DNA of 53,725 nucleotides from a virus (lineage: Duplodnaviria; Caudoviricetes): positions 1 to 53,725 of IMG/VR virus record IMGVR_UViG_3300027972_000015; one strand, given 5' to 3'. Shown here in pieces: positions 45,865-53,725 of this stretch; the stretch's first letter is position 1; every line of letters starts with the position of its first letter. Below the pieces are notes generated by a model. It was not told the origin of the DNA, did not search any database, and saw only the letters and a program-made list of their open reading frames with translations. A program made the translations under genes and the position numbers.

Positions 45865-46084
45865 GGCAATCGCTGTCGTCGGCAAGCTGGGCGCCGTCTG
45901 CGACGAACAGGCCTACGTCAAGCGCTACGATCGCGCGTCCATCGTGGTCGAGGTCGAGATTCCATGGGACTCGGCTTTGCAATGCGGGCTGGTCTACCGC
46001 GACGATTCTCACCACGGCGCGAAGACGGACATGCTTCCGGGTCAGCGCTGCACTCTGACGCTTGAGGTGCCGAATGGCGGCTAA
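45851..46084 (+). CDS. Hypothetical protein (77 aa)
   Basis: Overlaps both neighbours. Confidence 0.5.
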   Translation: MASTRAIAVVGKLGAVCDEQAYVKRYDRASIVVEVEIPWDSALQCGLVYRDDSHHGAKTDMLPGQRCTLTLEVPNGG

Positions 46085-48074
46085 GCGCAGCCTCGTCAAG
46101 CGCGGGGTCGCTCGGCTCCCCCACCGCATCTCGACGATGGGCAGCGCGGCCGACGTCGCCGACAACAATGGGCGCTGGTGGGAGAACGCTGGTGACGCCG
46201 GGGTGGCCCAGGCTCGCGCGCTGCTGACCACGCTGCACAGCCTGCACGGGCAGCGGCGGCTCTACGACGACCTCTACACTGGCCTGTACGAAGCGCAGCC
46301 GCCATTCTGGCTGATTCAGATGCGGGCCGGGGCGCCGATCGTCCAGGCCGCGTCGATCATGAATTCGTACACGAAGGCGCGAGCGAACATCATTCGTCGC
46401 TGCGTGGACACCGCCGCCGCGATGCTGGCCAAGAATCCAGCCGAGATTCGCTGCCAGACTGACGGTGCCTCGTGGAAGCTGCAGCGGAGGGCCCGGCAGC
46501 AGACCAAGTACATCAACGGCCTGCTCCGCGAGTGCGGGTTTCACGAGGCGCAACAGCGCTGCTTCATCGACGCGTGCCTTACCCGCGCCGGCGGGCTTGT
46601 GAAGATGTGGATTGACCGCAAAAACAAGCGGATTCGCTGCGATCGTGTCCACCCCGGCGCCTTTCTCTGGAACGACTACGAGTCGCCGCCGCTGCGCAAC
46701 GCGGGCCTGCGCTACCTGGAATCGAAGAGCGTCTTGATGGACCGCCACCCAGAACTGGCCGCGCAGATTCGCACAGCTCCGCACGGGACCAACCCGCAAC
46801 TCACGCACATCTACCGCCGCATGTTCGGCAACGAGCTGATGGCCGACCAGGTCGAGGTCAGCGAGATGTGGCACCTCACCGAGGACGCCGAGAAGCCGGG
46901 CCGGCACATCATGGCTCTGCCCAACGTCACGCTTGAGGATGAGCCCTGGGAGTTCGATTTCTTCCCGATTCCGCGGCTTTTCTGGGCCGAGGCCGACCGC
47001 GGCTCGTGCAACTCGCCGGTGGCCGAGCAGCTCGTCGGCTACCACACGCAGATCGGCGAGATGATGCTCGCCATCTCGAAGAGCCAGCGCCTCGCGTGCG
47101 TCCCTCGCGTCTACATCGAGAAGGGCAGCGATATCGTCGAGGACGAGATCACCAACGCGATCGGTGGGGTCGTCCACTACACCGGCACGCCTCCGACGAT
47201 CGCCACCTCGCAGGCGATGCCGCCCGAGTTCTACCAGTACTTGAACCAGCTCGTCGCGTGGGCGATGGCCGACACCGGGCTGAACGAATTCCAGGCCCAG
47301 GGCACGCTGCCGATGGGCATGCAGGACGCTTCCGGGCGAGCTCTCCGCGAAATGAACGACACGGGCAGCACGCGCCAGGTGCTCAAGGGTCAGCGCATTG
47401 AGCGGCACACGATCAGCGCCGGTGAAATGGGCTTCCGCATGTCGGCGAAGCTGGCCAAGGAAAGCCCGGACTTCGCGATCAACGCCCTTGGCGCCCGCAG
47501 CTTTGAGCGCATCAAGTGGTCTGAGGTCGAGGGCGACATCCGCGATATCCGCATGGTGACAACGCCGACGAGCATGCTCGGCTCGACGACGAGCGGCCGC
47601 ATTCAAAACGTCGTGGATATCATCAAGGGCGGATTGCTCCCGCCCGACGAGGTCAACGGCGGGCTCGGCCTCAAGCTGCTTGCCTTCCCAGATTTGGAGA
47701 AGGTCGTCACGATGGAGACGGCCATTCGCGAGCTGATCGAGATGATGGTCGACGGGGCGCTCTACGACGGCGACTACTTCGCGCCTGAGCCGTATCTTGG
47801 TCCGCAGGGGTTGACGCTGCTCAAGACGATGGCGTGTCGGACCTACTTCCACGCGTTGCAAATGGACGGCGTGCCAGCGAAGAACCTGGACATGCTTCGT
47901 CGCCTCATGAGCGAAGCGGACTTTCTCACGCAGAACTTCGCGGCCAAACAGGCGCCGATTCAGCAGCCGCAGGCCAATGTGCCAGCGCCCGCGCCGGCCC
48001 CGCTGCAGCAGTCCCCGCTGGCTCCGCCTCCGATGCCCGAGATGCCCATGCCGGGCGGGGGGCAGCCGCAATGA
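46074..48074 (+). CDS. Portal protein (666 aa)
   Basis: Position after TerL; NIIRRCVDT, FIDACL..GGLVK, EMWHL, TGLNEFQAQG, SGRALRE; Pro/Gln tail. Confidence 0.85.
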   Translation: MAAKRSLVKRGVARLPHRISTMGSAADVADNNGRWWENAGDAGVAQARALLTTLHSLHGQRRLYDDLYTGLYEAQPPFWLIQMRAGAPIVQAASIMNSYTKARANIIRRCVDTAAAMLAKNPAEIRCQTDGASWKLQRRARQQTKYINGLLRECGFHEAQQRCFIDACLTRAGGLVKMWIDRKNKRIRCDRVHPGAFLWNDYESPPLRNAGLRYLESKSVLMDRHPELAAQIRTAPHGTNPQLTHIYRRMFGNELMADQVEVSEMWHLTEDAEKPGRHIMALPNVTLEDEPWEFDFFPIPRLFWAEADRGSCNSPVAEQLVGYHTQIGEMMLAISKSQRLACVPRVYIEKGSDIVEDEITNAIGGVVHYTGTPPTIATSQAMPPEFYQYLNQLVAWAMADTGLNEFQAQGTLPMGMQDASGRALREMNDTGSTRQVLKGQRIERHTISAGEMGFRMSAKLAKESPDFAINALGARSFERIKWSEVEGDIRDIRMVTTPTSMLGSTTSGRIQNVVDIIKGGLLPPDEVNGGLGLKLLAFPDLEKVVTMETAIRELIEMMVDGALYDGDYFAPEPYLGPQGLTLLKTMACRTYFHALQMDGVPAKNLDMLRRLMSEADFLTQNFAAKQAPIQQPQANVPAPAPAPLQQSPLAPPPMPEMPMPGGGQPQ

Positions 48075-48301
48075 CCTACGCGCGCAAGGCCAAGGCTTCG
48101 CAGATCGGCTACAAGCGCGGGCGCAAGTCTACCACCGTCGACTCGCGGCCCCCGTCAGACGCGTATCGATCCGGCTGCGACCGCATGGGCTGGGCGTTCG
48201 CGCCGGTCCACCAATTTTGTCCCCAATGCGGCCACACGCCGGGGTGGTGTAGTTGCCACGCCGGCCGCGCCGTAGAGCAATCACAGGAGCACAATGGCTG
48301 A
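48071..48301 (+). CDS. Small protein with SRPPSDAYRSG motif and CPQCGH...CSC (76 aa)
   Basis: ATGA overlap with portal. Confidence 0.5.
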   Translation: MTYARKAKASQIGYKRGRKSTTVDSRPPSDAYRSGCDRMGWAFAPVHQFCPQCGHTPGWCSCHAGRAVEQSQEHNG

Positions 48302-49496
48302 AGCGACACAAGCCACCACGACCGCCACCGCGACGAGCGCGCTTGCCGCGACCGTCACCACGTCGACGCCGCCCCCGGCCGATTTGACCGCCACCAGCAC
48401 GCTCGACCCGCTGGCCGCGAAGGACGTCAGCGACCGCCGACACGGGGCGCACCAGAAGGCCGCAGCTCGCGCAGACGCGGCGATCGCCAAGGCCATGTCC
48501 GGAGACAAGCCGGTCGCCGAGAACGCGAAGCTTGGCGAAGATGGCAAGGCCCCAGAGGCTCCCAAGGCGGAAGGCGAGAAGCCGGCCGAGGACGCCGACA
48601 AGACCAAGGCTGACGCGGAGGCCAAGGCGGCCGAGGACAAGAAGAAGGCCGAGGAGTCCGCCGCCAAGGATACGCGCCTTTCCCGCGCCATGGCGATCGT
48701 TGCCGAGCGCGAGCGAGCCGTGGCCAAGCGTGAGAACGCGTTCAAGTCGCAGATCGAGACGGAACGTCAGAAACTGGAGGCCGAGCGCCGCACGTTCCAG
48801 ACCGAGAAGGCCGGCGACGCCGCTGACCTCGATTTCGTCCGCAAGGTGCGCGAAACGATTCAGACGCGCGGCAAGTACGCCGCTGCGGCGCTGTTCGGGT
48901 TCTCGATGGAGGAGTTGGTAGAGGCCAAGTCTCACGAGGTCGAGCCGAGCGCCAAGATCATCGCCGAGCAGGAGGCCCGCCGCATCTACCAGGAGGCCGA
49001 GGCCGCGCGTGCGAAGGCCGCGAAGGACGCTGAGGAAGCCGACGCCGCGAAGAAGCGCCAGGATGAAGAGCAGATCGCGGCCAAGGAACAGGCCGAGGCG
49101 ATCGAGTTCGTGGACATGGCCGTCCAGCTTCACAACGCCGACACGTCCAAGCGCCCGTGGTTGGCCCTGACGCCGGTCACTGGTGAGCAGCTTTGGCACC
49201 TCGCCAAGAACATGCAGACCGAGGCCGGGCGCAAGCCAAGCGCCTCCGAGGTGCTCGACCGCGCCGAGAAGCTTTTGGCAGACCGCTACGCTCCGCTCAC
49301 GGCGAAGACTGCGGCCGAGCCGCCCCCACCCGCTCCCGCGGCTGCCAAGCCTGTCGAGGCCGACAAGCCCAAGGAGCCCCCGAAGCAAGAAGCAAAGAAG
49401 CCGCCTGCAGAGCAACCACGCAAGCGGTACGAAAAGCGCATCACGCCGATGGATCGCGCTGCCGCGGCCTTGCGAAGCCGTGGAATTGACCGTTAG
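48294..49496 (+). CDS. Capsid scaffolding protein (400 aa)
   Basis: AGGAG RBS; charged Ala/Glu/Lys coiled-coil between portal and capsid genes. Confidence 0.75.
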   Translation: MAEATQATTTATATSALAATVTTSTPPPADLTATSTLDPLAAKDVSDRRHGAHQKAAARADAAIAKAMSGDKPVAENAKLGEDGKAPEAPKAEGEKPAEDADKTKADAEAKAAEDKKKAEESAAKDTRLSRAMAIVAERERAVAKRENAFKSQIETERQKLEAERRTFQTEKAGDAADLDFVRKVRETIQTRGKYAAAALFGFSMEELVEAKSHEVEPSAKIIAEQEARRIYQEAEAARAKAAKDAEEADAAKKRQDEEQIAAKEQAEAIEFVDMAVQLHNADTSKRPWLALTPVTGEQLWHLAKNMQTEAGRKPSASEVLDRAEKLLADRYAPLTAKTAAEPPPPAPAAAKPVEADKPKEPPKQEAKKPPAEQPRKRYEKRITPMDRAAAALRSRGIDR

Positions 49497-49580
49497 TCGG
49501 TGAGCAAATAGTCAGCGAAACACGGCCGAGCGACACGCCGAAGTGAAGATCCATGACCAACACACTTTGGAGAAAACACC

Positions 49581-50837
49581 ATGTCTCTCGACGTCACAGC
49601 AGCACAAGCAATCCTCCGGGAAACCTACCCGAACGGGATTGTGGACATCGACTACAAAAAGGCCAAGACGCTTGCTCTGCTCCGCAAGGAGAAGGGCACG
49701 CTGGTTGAGGCGCCGTTCGGCTACGGCTTCAAGATCCCGATCAAGTACAGCAACCCGCAGGCCGGCTCGGCGACCTACGCCACTGGCTACGGCCAGGCGG
49801 CGAGCGAGTACAGCCGCTACACCAACTGGTTCCTCACCCCTGGTGAGCTGTTCCAGTTCGCGCGGGTCAGCGGTTCGCTGATTCGTCGTTCTCAGGGCGT
49901 CGGCTCGTTCGTCAAGGCGATCGTGTCCGAGATCGAGAACGCCAAGACCGCGCTGACCCGGTACTGTGAAATGTACCTGGACGGCGACGGTTTCGGCGCT
50001 CTCGGCCAGGTCGGCAGCATCACCGGAACGAGCATCACGCTCAAGTACCCATGGCAAGCGCGCTTCTTTGAGATCGGCACGACCATCTGTGGCGCCGACA
50101 GCAACTCGACGAGCGTGCTCAAGGCTCCGACGGTGGGCAAGTACACCAAGATCACCGCGCGCAACACGGCGACGGGCGTTCTCACCACGGCCGGCGACAT
50201 GTCGTCAGGCGGCACTCCAATCGCCGCCAATGACTACCTGTTCCGCTACGGCGACCGCGAAGACAGCGCCAGCGCCTCTCGGCTCCTGCCCTGCGGGTTC
50301 ACGGGATTCATCCCTGACACCGACGCGGCACGTTCCAGCAGCTTCTTCAACGTCAACCAGACGTTGTCGGAGCGGCTCGGCGGGCTCCGCCGGTCGGCAA
50401 CCACGAGCGGCAATATGGAAGAGGCGCTGCTCGACATGAGCGCCGACATCGACGCCGCTGGCGGCACCACCACTCACTGCGTGCTCGGCGCAAACACCCA
50501 CGCGAAGCTCGGGAAGTCCCTGCTCAACAAGACATACCTCGACATCGAGGACATGGACGGCGTGAAGCTTGGATTCAAGGGCCTCGTGATCCAGGGCGCC
50601 AGCGGCGACTTCCTCGTCTACAGCGACAGCGCTTTTGCCGAGGGCCGTGCGCGTCTCTTCGACATCGAGGACGTCGGTATTCAGCACACCGGCGACGACC
50701 TGTGCTTCATCGATCAGACGGACGGCCTGATGGTCCGCGAGATCGCCGGCACCGACGACTGGGGCGCTCGTGTCGTCTCCAGCTGGCAGTTCCACGTGGA
50801 CGCTCCCGGCCACGCTGCCGTCATCACCAATCTGTAA
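49581..50837 (+). CDS. Major capsid protein (418 aa)
   Basis: Follows scaffold; strongly biased codons; LYxDGxGALGQV-type segment; ends PGHAAVITNL. Confidence 0.85.
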   Translation: MSLDVTAAQAILRETYPNGIVDIDYKKAKTLALLRKEKGTLVEAPFGYGFKIPIKYSNPQAGSATYATGYGQAASEYSRYTNWFLTPGELFQFARVSGSLIRRSQGVGSFVKAIVSEIENAKTALTRYCEMYLDGDGFGALGQVGSITGTSITLKYPWQARFFEIGTTICGADSNSTSVLKAPTVGKYTKITARNTATGVLTTAGDMSSGGTPIAANDYLFRYGDREDSASASRLLPCGFTGFIPDTDAARSSSFFNVNQTLSERLGGLRRSATTSGNMEEALLDMSADIDAAGGTTTHCVLGANTHAKLGKSLLNKTYLDIEDMDGVKLGFKGLVIQGASGDFLVYSDSAFAEGRARLFDIEDVGIQHTGDDLCFIDQTDGLMVREIAGTDDWGARVVSSWQFHVDAPGHAAVITNL

Positions 50838-50867
50838 TCGCCCAATCCGAGAAAGAGAAGGAACATC

Positions 50868-51353
50868 ATGAGCGTACTTTTCAACAGGGTTTGGCGTCAC
50901 CTCAAGGGCCAGAACCGAAGCGGCATGGTTCGCGTTTCAGGGTCGGCGATCATCGGCTCGTCTGGGGCGGTTTCGTCCTACGACTCGCCGGGGTTCAAGA
51001 TCCAGAAGAACGACGGGCAGACGGGGCGCTACCGTATCCAGCTCCTGGCCGAAGATGGCGTCACCTACGCTGTCCCGGCCATGGTGTATTCTGGAACCAC
51101 GGTGGTCGCTCCGTTCGGTTTCCAGGACTTCAACGTGTCCATCGTCAGCGCCGTTGCCGCCAACGCACTGACCACGAACAGCGCGGTCCACTGGGCAATC
51201 AGGAACTACACCCCGCAAGATGGCTACTTCGAGGTGCAGTTCTTCAAGGACATCACGTCGTCCACCAACGAAACACACGTGGACTGCGACATCGAGAGCG
51301 GTGGGAAGTTCTTCATCGCGTTCTCAGTCAAGACGTCCTCGGTGACGCCATGA
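50868..51353 (+). CDS. Putative capsid decoration protein (161 aa)
   Basis: Directly after MCP; beta-rich; TGRYRIQL. Confidence 0.55.
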   Translation: MSVLFNRVWRHLKGQNRSGMVRVSGSAIIGSSGAVSSYDSPGFKIQKNDGQTGRYRIQLLAEDGVTYAVPAMVYSGTTVVAPFGFQDFNVSIVSAVAANALTTNSAVHWAIRNYTPQDGYFEVQFFKDITSSTNETHVDCDIESGGKFFIAFSVKTSSVTP

Positions 51354-51583
51354 TGGACGACGCTGACAAGGCGGCAGCGGCCGACGCTTGCGAGCGATTT
51401 TGGGAAGCTGGGAAAGCTGGCAAGTACGAGGAAGCGGCCGACGCTTACCGCGACCTTCACGTGCTCATCGACGAGCAGTTGGAGGCCGAGGAAGGCGAAG
51501 GAGAAGAAGGCGGCGAGTACGGCGGCGAGAAGAAAGAGAAGCGACCGCTTGCAGCCATCCTGATCGGAGGCCCGAAGAAGTAA
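51350..51583 (+). CDS. Small acidic protein (77 aa)
   Basis: ATGA overlap; ends before terminator. Confidence 0.6.
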   Translation: MMDDADKAAAADACERFWEAGKAGKYEEAADAYRDLHVLIDEQLEAEEGEGEEGGEYGGEKKEKRPLAAILIGGPKK

Positions 51584-51585
51584 CC

Positions 51586-51622
51586 AAGGGGCCGGGCGGC
51601 CCAACAAGTCGCCCGGCCTTTC
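51586..51622 (+). terminator. Intrinsic terminator-like hairpin after capsid genes
   Basis: GGCCGGGCGGC-7 nt-GTCGCCCGGCC-TTT (short U-tract, probably leaky). Confidence 0.6.
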
Positions 51623-51625
51623 ACC

Positions 51626-52318
51626 ATGTTTCAAAGCATCACCCCACAAGCCATCATCGACGATTGCCTTTCACTGTGCGACCAGGATGGCTATGGGCTG
51701 TTCGGTTCGTCTGACGACAAATACCCGATTCTCGTTAGGTGGATCAACAACGAGTTGACCACGTTGTGGCAGTGGGGCAAGCGGGTGAACCGCGACGTGT
51801 TCACCAAGGTTACCGGCTCGCTCACGATGCCAGCCGGGGCCTATACCATGTCGATGACCGCGGCGGCGCCCGCCGGCGCGGCAATCACCGACTGGGGCAG
51901 CCCTCGCGGCGTTGACGTGTCCACCTCGACCAGCAACTGGCGCAAGCTCAAGCTATACAACTTCGTCACGCGCGACCACGTCGGCCTGCTGTCGTATCGG
52001 TTCATCGGCGACACGCTCTGGCTCCAGCCCACTGACCAGGCAGCGTCCTACCCGTTCCGCGTCTGGTACCTCTACTCGGCGCCGGTGGTGACGACGGCGA
52101 CGCTGGCCAACGCGATCAGCATCCCCGAAGGCAGCGACGAGTACATCAAGCAGGGAGTGGTGGCCAAGATGCGGATCAAACTCGACGACAACCCGGCGCC
52201 GCACTATGCGCTCCAGCAGCAGGCACGCTCAGAAGTCACCGCCACGCTGACCAGCGCCCACGGTGACCAAATCATCATCGCCGACGTCATGGACGAAGTC
52301 GGCCCGGAGCTTTGGTAG
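51626..52318 (+). CDS. Head-tail adaptor (230 aa)
   Basis: LVRWINNEL.TLW, YRFIGDTLWLQP, RVWY, DEYI; position. Confidence 0.7.
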   Translation: MFQSITPQAIIDDCLSLCDQDGYGLFGSSDDKYPILVRWINNELTTLWQWGKRVNRDVFTKVTGSLTMPAGAYTMSMTAAAPAGAAITDWGSPRGVDVSTSTSNWRKLKLYNFVTRDHVGLLSYRFIGDTLWLQPTDQAASYPFRVWYLYSAPVVTTATLANAISIPEGSDEYIKQGVVAKMRIKLDDNPAPHYALQQQARSEVTATLTSAHGDQIIIADVMDEVGPELW

Positions 52319-53725
52319 ATGGCAGCCGGCCAGCCATCGTTGCTCGACGTCAGGTTGCTTGGCCTCGACGAGAAGGCCAACACGCGCACGGCGGTGGCTG
52401 GAACTATCGTCGACGGCAGCAACTGGACCATGGACAAGGATGGCCGGGTCAAAAAGCGGTCTGGCCTGACCGCGCTGGCGATGACGGACGCCGACGGAGC
52501 CGCGATCACCGGTGGCCGCGAGCTGTCGTCCCTCGGCGACGAGCTCGTGTTGGCCACGCGAGACAAGCTCTATGGCCGCGACTCCACGTCGGGAGCCTGG
52601 GCAGCCCGTGGCCGGCGCGCCTACGAATCCCTGCGAATCACCCCGGCCAACGCGACCAACGCCCCATGCGACGGCACAGAATCGCTCCTGCAGACCGACG
52701 CCGCCGTTATCGGGCGCTACGTTCTCGTGCTCACAAGCGGCGGCGTGACGGCTGGCAGCGAGTCAGAGTCTGGATGGATGCTCGTCGACGGTACCAGCGG
52801 CGCCACGCTGCAGGCCAGAACGGCAACGCCAGCGAACTACTACGGGCTGACCGCATCGGAGACCGGCGAGGCCACCCCTCGGTTCATGGCTTTCGCCTGC
52901 GAACGCGGGACCACCAACCTACGCGTTGGCGAATGGGACGCTGACCACCGCGGCGTCACGTGGTCCGCGCTGATCGACGACATCATCAACATTCCAGACC
53001 GCAACACCTACGACTTGCAGCCATACGGCTACCAGGCCGCGCCCTACGCTGTCTGTCGCGTCGCCGCGAACGCGTGGCTGATTGCCTACCAGCAGACGAG
53101 CGGCGGTAGCTTCGTGGTCCGCAAGCTCACCAGGACGGCGGCGCTCACCTACACGCTGTCAGCGGCAAGCACGATCGAGTCGACGCTACCATCTGTGCAG
53201 TTGATTCCGGCCATCGCCCACAAGGCGGGCGACGCCGCTGCGACGGTCCTCGGGATGTACTACGGGACGCTGTACTACGGCGACGTCACGATCTCCACCA
53301 TGGTGGTGTCGGGTACAGGCAACATCGAGCCGGCGGCGTGGACGTGCACCGGCGCGGCCCCGCTCGACAAGCCGTATTGCCGAGGCATCACGGCCACCGT
53401 TTCAGGCGTTGTGCCGTACTTCTTTTTCGACGTCGTCACCTATGACGGCGCCTACCACCGCTCGGTGTGGATCTGGAGTTCGGGGAAGGCTGACGCGCAA
53501 CTGCTCGCCCGAGATGCTGGTCTGCTCTGCCACGTCTGCCAACTCAGCACTGCCGTGTCCGGCGAGATGACGGTTGGCGTGGCCCACGTCTCAGACTGGC
53601 AGGCGAGCGCGTTCTTGCTGCGCGTTCACGTGGTGACGGGCGCGTGGGATTGGATGGCGATCGGCGCCCACCTGTGCGCGGGCGACTACGCCGGGCGCGC
53701 GACCAGCACGTTGCTGCCACGGCTC
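52319..53725 (+). CDS. Tail nozzle/stabilisation protein, 3' partial
   Basis: Translated by hand: MAAGQPSLLDVRLLGLDEK...NWTMDKDGRVKKRSG; no stop seen, consistent with absence from the ORF track; motif typical of podoviral nozzle N-termini. Confidence 0.75.
   Translation, partial: MAAGQPSLLDVRLLGLDEKANTRTAVAGTIVDGSNWTMDKDGRVKKRSGLTALAMTDADGAAITGGRELSSLGDELVLATRDKLYGRDSTSGAWAARGRRAYESLRITPANATNAPCDGTESLLQTDAAVIGRYVLVLTSGGVTAGSESESGWMLVDGTSGATLQARTATPANYYGLTASETGEATPRFMAFACERGTTNLRVGEWDADHRGVTWSALIDDIINIPDRNTYDLQPYGYQAAPYAVCRVAANAWLIAYQQTSGGSFVVRKLTRTAALTYTLSAASTIESTLPSVQLIPAIAHKAGDAAATVLGMYYGTLYYGDVTISTMVVSGTGNIEPAAWTCTGAAPLDKPYCRGITATVSGVVPYFFFDVVTYDGAYHRSVWIWSSGKADAQLLARDAGLLCHVCQLSTAVSGEMTVGVAHVSDWQASAFLLRVHVVTGAWDWMAIGAHLCAGDYAGRATSTLLPRL

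Noticed and set aside
1-53725. Stop-codon reassignment
   Set aside because: Core genes are full length in the standard code, and TAG, TGA and TAA all end genes at coupled junctions

Overview
The window is a large part of a GC-rich (roughly two-thirds GC by eye, not computed) tailed dsDNA phage genome with podovirus-type architecture. Almost all genes are on the + strand and tightly coupled by ATGA/GTGA overlaps. Gene order: putative ejection/internal virion proteins (1-4.7 kb); tail fibre, GT32 glycosyltransferase, reverse-strand lipoprotein and DUF2341-LamG protein (5.2-10 kb); an atypical lysis-like membrane cassette with a papain-family peptidase (10.1-12.8 kb); a divergent control region and small early genes with repeated start cassettes and duplicated structured spacers (13.7-20.9 kb); RecE-like nuclease and Sak4-like ATPase; tRNA-like elements; a SLOG / NDT-like / two-methyltransferase cluster; HNH, replication initiator with iterons, primase-helicase and SSB (27-31 kb); accessory genes; a ~310-nt structured non-coding region; then a possible TerS, glycan-modifying genes, TerL, portal, scaffold, capsid, adaptor and a tail nozzle that runs off the right end. 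The two ends fall in neighbouring virion genes, so the contig is probably a nearly complete permuted genome. I recognised no integrase, CI repressor, DNA polymerase, reverse transcriptase or CRISPR array. The most notable items are a glycosyltransferase-FkbM methyltransferase-sulfotransferase fusion in the packaging region and several structured non-coding elements. All family calls come from motif recognition by eye; no searches were run.
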